A stretch of DNA of 64,000 nt from Hydrolagus colliei (taxonomy: Eukaryota), in contig CM068759.1 of NCBI GenBank assembly GCA_035084275.1, positions 4,092,001-4,156,000 on the forward strand. The letters are read 5' to 3'. How positions within the stretch are numbered: the first letter of the stretch is position 1; each line of letters starts with the position of its first letter. The position numbers and the translations under genes are program-made. The notes beneath the pieces are model-generated. The model was not told where the DNA came from, searched no databases, and was given only the letters and a program-made list of their open reading frames with translations. Shown one piece after another: positions 13,501 through 26,639 of this stretch.

Positions 13501-13838
13501 AGGAAGGGACAGAGAGAGAGAAAGAAGAGAGAGAAGGTGGTTGGAGGGGGGTGGGGAGGAGAGTGTGGTGGGGGGGAGGCGGGAGAGTTGGAGGGAGGGA
13601 GGAGAGTGGAGAGTAGTTTCCGGTCTGTGGTTTGAAGCCCGAGAAGAATCGTTTTGATCGCGAGGAGTTTTTGAGATGAAGCGGTAGAAAGCGGGGAGAA
13701 GGAGAGACAGAAAGACAGAGAGAAAGTGAAGAGAGAAAGGAGGAACAGAGAGTAATTTAGCGGCGTTAACCGAGGCGCGCGGTGGGGGCGGTGGTGGTGG
13801 TGGGGGGATAACGACTCAGCAACGACGCCGCCGCCGCC

Positions 13839-13895
13839 ATGGAGTACCAGTTCACGGAGATCGACAAATACGGCAACTGGCCGACCCTTTACCAG
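13839..13895 (+). CDS. PTPN1: PTP1B (tyrosine-protein phosphatase non-receptor type 1) coding exon 1
   Basis: Strong Kozak gccgccATGG. Translates MEYQFTEIDKYGNWPTLYQ, similar to the PTP1B N-terminus (MEKEFEQIDKSGSWAAIYQ). Phase-0 donor CAG|gtgtgt, inside a CpG island. Confidence 0.95.
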
Positions 13896-14301
13896 GTGTG
13901 TGTGTGAGGGAGGGGAGGGGGGGGAATGTGAGGGAGGGTGTGTGGGTGGGTCTGGGTCAGGGAGTCCGCAGCCCTCCCGCCCCCCGACCCACCCTCCCAC
14001 CTCGCCTCCCCGAGGGCTTTAGTCCGGGGTCTCGGGCTCTTCTCCCGGCAAAGGAAGTGCAGGCCGCGTGAATGGAGAGGAGGGAACTGTCTCACAGAGG
14101 GAGAGAAGTGGGGGGGGTGAGGCAATGAGTTAGGGAGAAGGAGTGAGTTAGGGAGAGGGAGGAGGGGAGTGGGGAAGGAGTGGGGGGGGGGAAATGAGGG
14201 GGGGGAGAGAGAGGGAAGGAGGAAGGAGAGAGGGAGAGAAAGGAGGAATTCCCGCCTCCCGGGATCCGCGGAATCGTAGTCAACGTGAAGCATTCAAAGC
14301 T

Positions 14302-14430
14302 GGGGCTCAGGAGTGGGGGCGGTGGGGGGCTCAGGAGTGGGGGCGGTGGGGGGGGGCTCAGGAGTGGGGGCGGTGGGGGGGCTCAGGAGTGGGGGGGGGG
14401 GGGCTCAGGAGTGGGGGCGGTGGGGGGGAG
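14302..14430 (+). repeat. G-rich minisatellite, about 5 copies of GGGGCTCAGGAGTGGGGGCGGTGGG
   Basis: The core gctcaggagtggggg recurs five times with variable G-run spacers. Confidence 0.9.
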
Positions 14431-15884
14431 TGGGGGGGACTCAGTCGCCACCGTCCCCGTGTGTGTGTGAGAGAGAGGGAGGGAGGGAGTCCCACGTTGT
14501 TGGGGGGGGGGGTGCCCCAATCAGTACTGTCAGCAATCACTTAAGTAAATTGCTTCACAGCCCAATAGACTGAATGTACAGTCACGTTATGCACAGCCCC
14601 AGTTAGTCAGTCACTCACACCCACTAGTGTGAGTGTAAAGGAGTGTAAAGTGATAGAGAAGCTTGTGGAAATACTGAGTGCCTCATTCAGTCATAAACTC
14701 CCCCCTCTTCCCTCTCTCTATCTCTCTCTCCCCCCCCCCCCCCCCCCCCCCCCGCCTCCCAATACACACACATAACAAAGAATTAAGTCCCGTCATATTG
14801 GTGTGTTTATTATATATTTTAAAAGCTTTAGTTTTCAGAAGTCACACCTGCCCTTTCCTTGCTGCCTACCATACAGTCCAGTGTGCGAGCCTATTATTGG
14901 TGATACAGTGTGTAAACGTGTTAACCAACAACATTCGTGGTGTGCAGTTATCTCTCACAGGCTGCTGCTCTTTGCAAATGGCACTTTCCTGTTCGCAAAC
15001 TGGACTAGATTTTACATTGATAGTAACCGATTTTTTTTTAAAAAAAGGTGAGGTGATGGTTTGTTCTTTTTTGTTGAAAAAAAATGTGGTTGAAAATTAG
15101 CTCACCCCACCCCCTCCTATTTGCAATCCTGTTTGTTTTTGACACTAGTTACGAGGTGAAAGCAAAACTTTTGAAATTCTTGGTCCTAACTTTTTTTAAA
15201 AAAAAGAGAAGTATAATGTCCTGTCGTGTTCACAGTCTGGACTAAACCATGCATATGGGTTTGCAAGACTGACCCCGGGACTTTATTCTTTACAGTGGTA
15301 CTTAATATATTAAAAAAATTGTTGTGGATATGTGTGAAAGAGTGCTTCACAGCCCAAGAGACTAAATGTGAATTTTTAAGGCTTTAAACATATCCTGCCA
15401 AAGGGCCCTGGGCAATTGGATACAGAAATATTCATGGCAGTGGAAACTGAAAGTGGATATAGTAATTAATTTTGGTATATGTGAAACCAAATCCTGTTGA
15501 ATTAAGCATTATAGTTAGCTGTTTGTACATATGAGGTACAAAACTTGTTTGAAATATCAACTTTAATTTTGTAGTGTGTTTTCTGCAGCACACAGTATTT
15601 ACTCCCATGGTCTATTTTAGTTGCATAGTGTTATACCACCAAGTATAGATGTTGATGGTGACATTCTACTGCCTGCCTCTTGTTCAATCTCGCTCCAACT
15701 GTGTGCTTACTGCTGTTAGCTGTTCATTTGCCGTATTTGTAGTGCCATCTAAAACAGGCTTGATAATGATTCTGGACCTCTATTGACTAACCTATCTTAG
15801 AAATGACAGTATAGGAAGAGGACACGTGGCCTAAGGTAGTGTTATCTCAGCAAACTCATGCTCTTTCTTTCTCTTTCTTTGTCT

Positions 15885-16255
15885 GTCAGCCTGCTTCAGT
15901 TGGTAGCACTCTCACCTTTTGATTCAGAAGGTTGTTAGCTCAAGCCTAATGTTAAGAACTTTGAACTCATAGTCTACCCAAACATTCCAATAGAGTGCTC
16001 TGGGGGTGTGCTGTATTGTTTGACAGAAAAGATAAGACAAGCTTCCCTCTGCCTGTTCAGGTGGATGTTAAAGATTCAACGGCACTATTTAAAAAGTGAA
16101 GGGAGTTTTTCATGATTTTCTGTCCCAACAGTCTCTCAAATAAAATTGGTTCATGGATGTTTGTGAGGCTGCGCGCAGATTGGCTGCTGCATTTGTCTAC
16201 ACTCAGAATAGACATTAAATACACTTTGAAATGTATCCGATTAAGTGTTTTGAAG
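15885..16255 (+). mobile_element. Older DeuSINE family B copy
   Basis: tRNA-like head cagttggtagcactctcacc...gaaggttg; central ctctgcctgttcaggtggatgttaaagat...ggcactattt; core gctgcgcgcagattggctgctgcatt. Confidence 0.7.
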
Positions 16256-16869
16256 AATTATTATAATTGGAGCTAGCTATTGTAATTCTAATTCCTTGCT
16301 ATTTCCAATGACTTAATGTTTGAATTGCATTTTTCAAAAAAAAACTCTTAACAATATATATACCCGATCTGATGGCTAGCGAACTAAGTTCAACATGGAC
16401 CTTTTTTCTACTCTAGTAAAAATAAGACACTGAATGGATAGGGTAGAATTTCCTATGGGGAAAATTGAAATAGAGTTGTTAATACAGTATTAGTCCACTC
16501 ATTGCTTGCCATTTTTAAACAGTGTGAGGTGGCAAAATGAACAGGATACTGGTTTAAAGTTTAAAATTGGTAGAATTTATCCCCTGAATTTGTGCACGGT
16601 GCCCTCTCACCTATCAGGACTACTGTCTGTGCACAATATGAAAAAGGTGGAGGGTGAGTTATTAGATTTATAATTAAAATCTTCCCAGAGGAGATCATTC
16701 TTGGTTTAATTCTTGCACGAGGAAGGTTACCATCTTCACACATAATCAACTGTAGGGACATTTTACCAGCAAAATTGGTTGAGTCTAAAACAATCAATTC
16801 ATTAAACAAATTATTTTTGTAACAGGAAGACAGTAGAAAAAGAAGACAGTATTTTGCAAGGATGAGATC

Positions 16870-17290
16870 AAATAATAATCCTTGCATTTGATATAACACT
16901 CACGTCGTTGAGTCTCAAAGCACTTCATAGAATGTACTGTAGTGTGCAGTAACTGTGTTTTGCGGGAAATATGTGGCAGCAGTTGAGCACAGCAGTGTCC
17001 CACAAACAGCCATGGAGTGATTGATCAATTTTATTTGGTCAATTAGTTCTAGAAATAGTTCAAACTTATCTTTTGATTTTTGCTAGTAATTATTGGAAAT
17101 ATTGGCCAGCAATCCTTCCAATTAAAATCTGTCACTCCCTTCATGGCTGTTTGTGAGATGTTGCTATGTGCAAAGTGCCTGCCACATTCGGATTGCAAAA
17201 TACACAGCCTTATTTATACAGTGTATCCTGTGTAGCGGTTTGAAACAGCTCAATGGTGCAATAAGGCACTATATCAAAATGCAACGATTC
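16870..17290. mobile_element. Two SINE 3' fragments in opposite orientation (16870-17030 minus; 17140-17290 plus, degenerate)
   Basis: Match to the family A core and tail. Confidence 0.7.
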
Positions 17291-17681
17291 TGTATATTAA
17301 GTAGCTTCTTAAAGTTGATATTTTCATTGCTTTGACAAAATAGTCTTGTAGAACAGATACATGTTCTGTATATGCAGTAGTAGTTATAGTTTCAGTCTGC
17401 TTACATAAGATGCTTGCCCAAGCATCGTTCAGCAGGTGAGCCAAAATTGCATCGCTTCGATAAACTATTTATATTAGGAGTTTCCTGTGGCAACAATATA
17501 CATTCCTCATGTTAAGTGTAGCAATAATCTTACTAGCAGAGTTAGATTTCACAACTCTGATGACATTACTATTTTAATATTCAGCGTTAAACATTACCCT
17601 GGAGATACATAAAGCCTGAACAACTAAAACCAATAAACATTTGTGAATAGTGACAATTGCACAGTTCTATCCAATAATGCT

Positions 17682-18485
17682 ACCTGAAGAGTTTGACTTG
17701 TCAAGCGGTAAATATAGATGGTGGTATTTGTTTGTGTTGGGATTGAATGTGTAGTATCTCCTGGTGCATTTAGTTATAATAAGCAATTTCTATAATAGTG
17801 AACAAAAAGTATATTCTCAATAATTGTGGCCTAAATGTATTCAACCGATATAAAATGTCACGTGTTCTCACCTTTTGATGTAAAAATGTTTCAGTTACAG
17901 TAACATACTGAGTAACATGCAAAGAACACCTTCATGCTTAGTAATTTCTTAACTGTATGAAACTAAGTGGATACGGTTGTGCAAACTTTATGCATGTACT
18001 GTAATTCCAGTCTTCCCCCCCCAAAAAAAAAGTGTTACACATACAACAGTGTATTTCTTTTTAACAAATTGTCTACACTTCATATGAGCTTCGTACAAAG
18101 CTCTATGTTCCACTCATCTGGATATAACCAAATCTACAGATTGTGGAGATATGGATGAAACTTGGATTGATATTTGTTTGTAAGTTTTGTGTAAGTTAGC
18201 ATTGATACAGAATTGTTTCGCTAGAGCAGCACTGATAGGACTTGAGGCACATTGCTTGCATTTTGGTAACAAGCACAATATTGAGGCACTGCCTGGCTTT
18301 GAAACCCAAGAGTAGCACAAGGTATGTGTCTGATGAAGGCATGCAAAACTATTCGTGGGCTGGCTTGAGGTATATTTTTGGTCAACCTGAAGAGTTTGAC
18401 TTGTCAAGCGGTAAATATAGATGGTGGTATTTGTTTGTGTTGGGATTGAATGTGTAGTATCTCCTGGTGCATTTAGTTATAATAA
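17682..18485 (+). repeat. Perfect 101-bp direct repeat (17682-17782 and 18385-18485)
   Basis: acctgaagagtttgacttg...catttagttataataa is identical in both copies by eye. Confidence 0.93.
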
Positions 18486-20899
18486 TAATCTTGGCGTTTG
18501 GGATGTCCTTTCACAACAGGAGGTCTTTCCCCCAGATAACCACACTAGCTAGATCTCTGTGAAGGTGACACAATGATAATGATTTGGATTAATTAGCTCT
18601 GTACTGGGATTGTTGTATCATATTAACATGGCCAAATTGGCAATGCTGTGTAAATATCAGAGTATGGCAATGATATTGGCTCAATAGATCTGCAATTGTC
18701 ACCTTTCCTCCCATCAGCCAGCACTATAAGGTGGACTAGGGCACATTTTGTTGGACGGAGGACATTTTTTTGCTTCTTCCTCGCTGGTTCATTGCAGCCC
18801 ATGTACTCTGGTGGAAAAGTCCAGAATTATAGCCTGAAGGATAAAACTACACAATTGTGTAGACGAGCAGAGGGCTCTGGGCATACAAATACATAGAACT
18901 CTATACATTGGACAAAGGGTTGAAAGTTAATGAAGTAGGTGAATTGGGGTTGGTAAAACATATAGAATATAAAAATATGGATGTTAAATTGGCATTGTAA
19001 AAGACAATGGTTAGACAGCAGTTGTAATACAGCGAGTGTGTGCCTAATGTTGGGTACTTTGCTATATTCTCTCAAAGAGAAAACACAATAGTTATTTGTT
19101 TAGAAAGTTACATTGCAAAGTCAGCTAGTTCATGGGAACGAAAGTTAATACATACTTCCCTGTTTTTAGGGACTATTATAGTGTCCCTTTTTTTTGTTTG
19201 TAATCAAATTTCTAACTTTTGATTAGGCTACTGGAAAGATACTTCTGCCCTTGCAACGATGAAGATATCTGAGCATTTCTTGTGCTGATGACTGGTGGGA
19301 GGGGGACAGTACATACTAAAATTGAACAGATACATTAATTGCAAAAGCAGGTGCTTTATTATTGAGGATATTTTTGGAATCTAAACCGAAACTTTGAAGT
19401 TGCAGTCCTACCGCTTTTATGCAAGTAACCAATGAACATCAACGTTCTTTACTTAATTTAATGTTTAACTATTGAAACCATTTGCCTTTCTGTATTTATA
19501 GGAGGCTGCGGATTCTTGCATTGGGGAACAGTTGTGTTTCACTGATTTCATATTCTTTTCTCTCTGCGTTTCCTGAGAAAATTCCTGTTTTGACAAGATC
19601 TCAAACTATTTTATTGTGGCTCAAAATCTTGATGCATTTCCGAGAGTAGAAGGGTGTAGCAAAGAGTAAAATAAGAAGTGTGGTGGTTTGTATGGAATAC
19701 AAACACTGGAATGGACTGTTTGGCCCAATTGTTAGTTTCTGTTCTGTATCACACCGTGTAACTAAATAAAACGATCCATTAACTATTTCAACGTAATCAT
19801 GTAGGTTTCACAGGATTGTGCAACAGAAACTCCTTTTTCAAAATTATTTTTGATGTAGAAGTTTTGCACAGTATATGCGAGTAGCAGTGAGTTTGAATTC
19901 AATTTAACAAATCTTTCATTTTAGTATATCAAAAGGATTTTTATTAGAACTGATAATTTGCTGAGTGTCAGAGTTCAAAAGCAGGAGCACGATAAAAAAT
20001 AAAACTGGTTTCACTTCTTATATGTTTTAAGATTTAGGTGTCTTACTTGTCCTATTCCCAAGGCTTCATATAACCCAACAGATTGTGCCACATTTAAGAA
20101 TGAGGACTTTATTTATCAAAAGCATTCCACTGCAACATCCAGGATAGATTTTGTTAAGGCACATCTGCAACAAGCTCATACTGGAATAGTGCTTCATAGA
20201 CCGCACACCTATTTGATTTGTTTTTGTTCATGAAAAGCGTCCATCAGCAAGGAGAGAATTGAGTGAACGATGATGTCTATTCACATAGTAGCTGTGCTTG
20301 GAGCCACCACGTCAATCGTGCAGGAGTTTCACTTGTGAACGCATACTTCCAAAAGCATTGCTAAACATTACACATCTGACCAGTACCGATGAAGACTTCA
20401 TCGCTTCTAATCTGACTCCTAACTCAGATATTTCAGAATGTGGAAACCAGTAGGAATGCTGCAATATGTATCCATCATTTTGTTGCAAGATCAGACATTT
20501 ATTTAATTATTTGGAAAAAGTGTGTGTCAATCAGTTTATTGCACTTTTTCTGTTTCCAATGTTAACCGTGTCAACTCACTGCCACGTTGTTTTTCTTGTC
20601 ACTTGTTATTTCCATAAATGGAAACGGAATCTTGGGTTCTACCGCTAGGTAACACTTTTAAAATGTAAAACTGGCTACAGTTCTCCAAATAGTGCCCTAT
20701 CATGTAAAGTATTTATATGAAAAGGAACTACAGTATATTGTAACAGAGTAAAGACAAGTGAGTAATAATGTACCATAATTTGCACTTATGCAATTAGCAG
20801 AGGGATAGAACGAGAAAACAATACTTTAGGTCTCTCACTGCTGTAGACTCTGTCCCAGAACTGCACCGTTCATGTATAACCAGTGAATTTTGTTATGTG

Positions 20900-21175
20900 T
20901 TGGGACATGTAACTTGCGGGTTAGGGCCTGCCTGTCTGTTCTGTTAGACATTAAAGATGCCTTAGCACTATTCGAAAAGGGGGAGAGTTTCTCCCATAGT
21001 CGTAATAAAATTATACATTCACTTGATAGCTGTTCTGTGGATCGTTGCTGTAGGTACATTGGCTGTTGTGTTTGTCTACGAGACGCAGTCACTACAGATC
21101 ACAGAAGTACTGTAAAGCACTTGGAGACGTCTGAATCTTTTAAGTCATTATATCGAATGCCAGGATTATTATAGA
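20900..21175 (+). mobile_element. DeuSINE family B fragment
   Basis: ctgcctgtctgttctgttagacattaaagatgccttagcactattcgaaaagg...tgtaaagcacttggagacgtc. Confidence 0.65.
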
Positions 21176-21449
21176 TTGGAAGTTATGGTAACTTGTATTC
21201 CACTTCACATTCGCTGGTCATTTTAGTGATTCTGCAATGTTTTTACATTCCAGGCGTATCAGTAACTAGGTGAACTTTAGTTTAGCCCATCATAATAATG
21301 GTTTATAAAGCTCTGGGAGTGCATCCAGGCACCCGCATTGGCAAAGTGGCAACAGCAAACTGGACAGTTAAACCAGCCACCTCTCTACATGCTCTGTCCG
21401 ACAAAACCAGTGTCTTGAGCGTTCAGTAGTGTTGTAAGTGGAGGGAGAG

Positions 21450-21680
21450 ATTACTGGGAATTTATTCACACCGGATTGTTGAGATGTGGAATGTTCTGTT
21501 GGGTGCGGTGGTCCAAGCAGAATCCATATTAGTTTTCAACTAGGATGATATCTAAAACAACAACAAAAATGTTACATCTGGTAAAATGGTATGGGGAGGA
21601 AAAAGGCAGTTAACTGGGACTGAATGGATTGCTCTTTCAGGACAGGCACGGTGGCCTATAATATTCTATGGTTCTAAAGA
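21450..21680 (+). mobile_element. CR1 LINE 3' end remnant
   Basis: ttattcacaccggattgttgagatgtggaatgttctg...gtggtccaagcaga...attctatggttcta, a CR1-type 3' terminus. Confidence 0.6.
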
Positions 21681-22619
21681 ATAACTGCAAAAAATTCTAT
21701 GGTGCGAATTAAGATATTAGTAATGTCACTTCCCCCTCTGCCTCATCAATGCAAATAAAATCAGTTTTGAGGCCAACAATAAACTTCTGTTTCTGGGGAT
21801 TGCAAGTTTTTAAAAATCTGGCCTAGCAAAGAAGAGAGGACAACGGCATTTGTGGGGTTTTATTATCCTTTAGAACGCATGTTTAATAACTTTGTTGTTG
21901 TAAAATCATTAGTTTGGACAATAGCACACTGTAGGTTAGTTTACAAGTTAAGAAACTGTATTCATATCGATTTAAATGTTCTAAAATTACTGTTTTTAAT
22001 TTGAACCTCCCGTTTCTTCCTACATGTAATTTTTGTGTGACCAGGCAATTTAGTTGTAGACTTTTGAAGCTCTGCAGCCGGCTGCAAGGCAGTAAGTATG
22101 TGAGTAGCGTGGGTGAGTTGCCCTTCAGCCTTTTTTTTCTTCCCCAGTGAGGAAGTACCCCAAATCCCTGTTCAGTATTTCTTCCTGCTAACCCAGTTGA
22201 GGTCAGGACCTTGTGTCTTAACTCTCTGCTACCATGTGAATAAAATGTAAAGTACAGGTTTTTTTTGAGTGCTTGTTGATGTTGATCAAAATATTTTCAG
22301 TCCTGCACCACATTGCAGAGGAGTAAATCCCATTCCTGATATACTGAAAACGGGAGTATGCAGGGCTGCAAACAAAGTTCTTTACTCATCTTCCCCCTGA
22401 GAATAAAAATCTGCACTGAGGTTTGGCCTAACTGTAACAAAGAATTTGTATTTTCATTACACTTTATGTCAAAGTATCTTCACAGGTAATTTTTGTCATG
22501 TTTTTTTTTCTTGCAAGCAAATTAAGCAGACAGTTGCACCAGCTAAAATGTGAATGACCATTTTATTTGGAGGTTTGTTGCTTAAGAGGAATCACTTTAA
22601 TTGTAACTGAATTGTACTC

Positions 22620-23380
22620 TATCCTCCTGGAGAGAGGAGGAGGTGAGCAGGGAGCTGAACTGGTTGCAAGGTGACAAGCTTGGCAATGGAATTCCCGATT
22701 TGATCCAGCTCTCCATGATAGTCTCGGTAGTCCGGTTCCTGAGCCAGATGTGTACGCAGTATTCCAGGGTACTAATGATAACAGCACGGCCAGCCTGGCT
22801 TATCGGCAGCACATGGAAGGGCATACCAGTAACTGGAGGGGCAGGGAGTCATCCCATTCAACTCCAGTTAACCCTGCAAGCCAAAGACCTCACTGACAGA
22901 GAGGTCCTACTTGGACAAACAGTGAGAAAGCTTGTGGGACAGCAGTATCAATGACAAGCTATGTGGTTTTATCTGGTTAGATTCCAGCAGTTACCTCAAC
23001 GCACACTCTGGTACTTTGGTACTTACCAACCTCTGCCGAATACTTTACGGAGTTAGGTAAGCGAGGTGAATCCCTCCAGGGAGAGAGTGAGCATTCCATT
23101 CCAACAATGTATCTGGAATTTCCATGTGTAGGTGGGTGCATGGAAATATCAGCTTGATTTGGATACTCGTGAAACTGAAAATTGAATCAGCAAGGTAGTC
23201 AATACAAAGAGGGAGGGCATTAGGAGGTGGCCTTTTGTGGAATTGAAAGCTTGTTTGAAGTGAATTGTTTGTAGTAAGTATAGGTTTTTCCTGATGAGAC
23301 CACCGAAGTTAACTCTTATCAGTTGTTCAAAATCTGAACAACCTGTGGCATTCCTACTCAATTGATGACCAATATTCTGT
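22620..23380 (-). mobile_element. Ancient LINE (L2/Crack-like) RT fragment; related copies at about 10900-11330, 11560-11730, 38890-39310
   Basis: Four loci share blocks such as gaattaggtaagc, ggaatttccatgtg.aggtgggatgcatggaaa and tggttaga.tccagca. Minus-strand remnants IPQ..PSLF, LNxDKT and TLEYCVHIW occur in RT order. Confidence 0.55.
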
Positions 23381-26380
23381 TCCCATTGCTAGTGACAGTG
23401 TAATTATCACAGCCAGACAAACAGAAAGAGCTGTTAAGTGGAGACTTGTCACTTCTTTACGTACGAGTTGTAAGGCCATGTTATATGATTTGACTGTACT
23501 ACTGTGCATACAAGTGCTCTGAGATGCTGTCCGGCGTGGAGGGCGCTATATAAATCGAAGTTGCTGATGTTGTACAATTAATACTACAGTAAAAATTATG
23601 CCTATTGACATCAAATTCCTATCTGATATGAATTGCTTTTGAGTGATTTGGCGCTGGCTGAATTTAATCAAATCAAGTGATCAACTTCTATTATTTTGTC
23701 TAGAGTGCAGCTGGGGTTTTCTCTTTTTAAAAAAAATTAAATGTATGATAAGAATGGTCCATATGGTTGGGCTGATAAATGACGACAAACGGTGGTTTAG
23801 AAAACTTACAGTCGCTTGCTCATGAGGTCAAAGACATTTGCATTGCAAGTAAATTATTTTGAGAATCACTTGATGTACAATATTGTTGTCAGCAGTATTG
23901 TTTGGTCTATGAAGAATTCTCACAGACATACAATCTCTAAAACATGTCAATTATAAAGCAACTGCAGATTATAGTGAACTAATTTATTTGACACAAATCT
24001 CACCTCTCAAATATCCCCCGCCCCCCTCCCCACACATACCTCGAAGATGTAGAACTCCTTTACACTTCATTTTTAGCTGCCTTTATTCCTCAATTTAAAT
24101 ACACTTAGCTTCTAATTCACGGTCTTTTTATACATGTAATCTGTTCATTACCAGGCCTTTTTATTGTAAAAGTTAACCAAAGATATTTTGAAAGAAAATA
24201 CACCAGAAATTCGTTCAAACAAATTCAGGGATAGCTGGTTGAACATTTATTGTAGTCATTTGTAGTACTCTTCCCCCCCCACCCCCCCAACACCACCGTT
24301 TTTAAAAAGCACTTTTCATGCATATTGAATGTCTCGAGGTGCTCCACAAAGACCTTGTCTATCACTTGACATTGAGAATAAGTGGAGCCACTTGAGAATG
24401 TTTAAGGTTAGTCTGAAATTTTGGAAATCATATAATCATATTTCCACGATGGGCCACATAGCTACCTTCTGTGCTATAAAATGTCTGTATCAACACATTG
24501 ATCAATTACACAAAGACCTTTCAGTTTGCCCCTCTGAAGTAATGTTTTTGTCTTCAAGCTGTGTTCTGGAAGCTATGAACATTGGGTTATAAAGTTCTAT
24601 AGAGGTTTCAATTCTTCTCACCTTTTAAAGGGGAGAGATAGCATTTGTTTTAGTGTATTACTGGTTTGGGATATTGAGGTACTCTATTCAACATAAGCTA
24701 TTTGATTTGATCATTGCTCCTTTATCCAAACTCCAGTTGACCACCCCAGCATATAATTCACCATTTTATGTGTGCAATTGAATCACTTGTGTAATCTTAA
24801 GTAGTTAAAAATCTGAAGCAAAATTTCTAACGCCTGAAGCATTTCTCTACAGACTGCTGAACCTGACCGCCTCTGTAAGACTGTAATGGACCTTAAACCC
24901 TTGCCATGACATATAAATAGTAATCTATAATATACACAACACATTCCTAATGAGTGCCAGTGTTTACAACTGCTTTTTCTATTCAGAACAAAGTTGATAA
25001 CTTTGTATGATTTGATACACTGACTGAAAACATCCTGTTGGCCCCTGTAAATATTTGTATGTTTTTTCAAAAGCAATTTTTAATGTAGAAATACACTATA
25101 AACAAAATCGAAGTTCCCTTTTAAAAGTATGTTAATACAAATCTTTGGCTCCTGGTGTCGTCTCAACATTTTGTTAACTGTTGTAAAAAGAGAATCATAA
25201 GAAAAATGTGAGCCCTGCATTAAAAAGCAGTTTTGTGCATTTGATAGTAAGTGTCCATAATATTCAATTGTTCTTTGTCATTCTATCACAATGAAAGGGG
25301 ATTGTTATTACTATTGCACACAAAAGATCAACATTTGATTTTTTTATTTATTTCTTAACCATTTAGCAAATTAATACTAGAGCAAAAATGGTTTGTTACC
25401 CCAGCAATTAGGTCTGTCTAGGTATTTTTACTAAAATACATCTTCCAACCGGTACTCTTACTAGGTATGTAACTGACAAGTGTGAAAAGGAAATGATTTA
25501 CAAACACCATAGGCTCAAATGATTTCACTTTCAAACTCTCGCTTTAAAACCAGTAAAGCACCATAGAGAGTTTGGTATATTTTTATTGTAATTGCTTGTG
25601 GTCAACCTCCTATCAGAACTCGAGCATTCAAAGTTTTAGTGCATAGCAGTGTCTTGCTAGTAACCTTACAACAGAACCAGTTGATTTAGTTTGTGAATGT
25701 ATTGTCCCCAGCTAGTTGTCAACAAATACCTATAAGTGGGTATTTTATATACTGTATGGTAGTTCAGATCTTTACACCTGTTGGATTATGATTGTTGTTT
25801 GAGTATATTCAATGTCTGACATGACTAAAGTTAACTTTAAACAAACTTCCCAACAGTTGTTCACGAAGGCTGCCGACACTGTATACAATACTTCCTCCCT
25901 TGCTGCTGGAACCATGAATGCATATATTTGTTCTGTTTTGCTACATTTTAGATATTACCTTAGTAAAGTTTGAAAAGGACAAATTGTTCATAGCTTTCCA
26001 CATTAATAGGCTAGTTTTTGTTTTTCTAAATTATGCAATCACAACAATAATTGTCTTAAAAAAATCCTTCACAAATAAATTGTCTGCCCCCTTTTTAAAA
26101 CAAAATACCGTACATCTCCGCGTATAAGGCGCACTTTTTTTCAGGTCGGAAGATCTCGAAAGTTGGGGGTGCGCCCTACACGCAGGTACAAGCAATTTTG
26201 AGCCTCGGAAATACAGTAAACAGGAGGGGCGGCCGGCGCGCTGTCAGCCGGGGTTTGGTCAGTGTCTGGCGGGGGTTGGGAGGAGCGGGTGACGGGGCTT
26301 CGGCCTCGGCTGCCCGGGCAGCGGCAGCAGCAGCGGACTTCAGTGCTGTGCTTACCTTCTGCCGAACCCAGTCTGCCTGC

Positions 26381-26637
26381 NNNNNNNNNNNNNNNNNNNN
26401 NNNNNNNNNNNNNNNNNNNNNNNNNNNNNNNNNNNNNNNNNNNNNNNNNNNNNNNNNNNNNNNNNNNNNNNNNNNNNNNNNNNNNNNNNNNNNNNNNNNN
26501 NNNNNNNNNNNNNNNNNNNNNNNNNNNNNNNNNNNNNNNNNNNNNNNNNNNNNNNNNNNNNNNNNNNNNNNNNNNNNNNNNNNNNNNNNNNNNNNNNNNN
26601 NNNNNNNNNNNNNNNNNNNNNNNNNNNNNNNNNNNNN
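26381..26637. other. Assembly gap (257 N)
   Basis: Run of N adjoining the minisatellite. Confidence 1.
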
Positions 26638-26639
26638 TC

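Larger units (their letters stand above)
13140..14470 (+). promoter_or_regulatory. CpG-island promoter, 5'UTR and start of intron 1 of PTPN1
   Basis: Sharp rise in GC and CpG around exon 1. ZNF143-like ACTACAnnTCCC motifs at 13195, 13275-13295 (reverse) and 13335; ATTGG (CCAAT box) at 13411; CTGTCAATCA (PBX-MEIS/PREP) at 13425; TTCCGG (ETS) near 13618. Confidence 0.88.

Noticed and set aside
13428-14573. Several Gly/Pro-rich ORFs around exon 1
   Set aside because: Low-complexity G/C-rich promoter and minisatellite sequence; only the 19-codon exon is supported.
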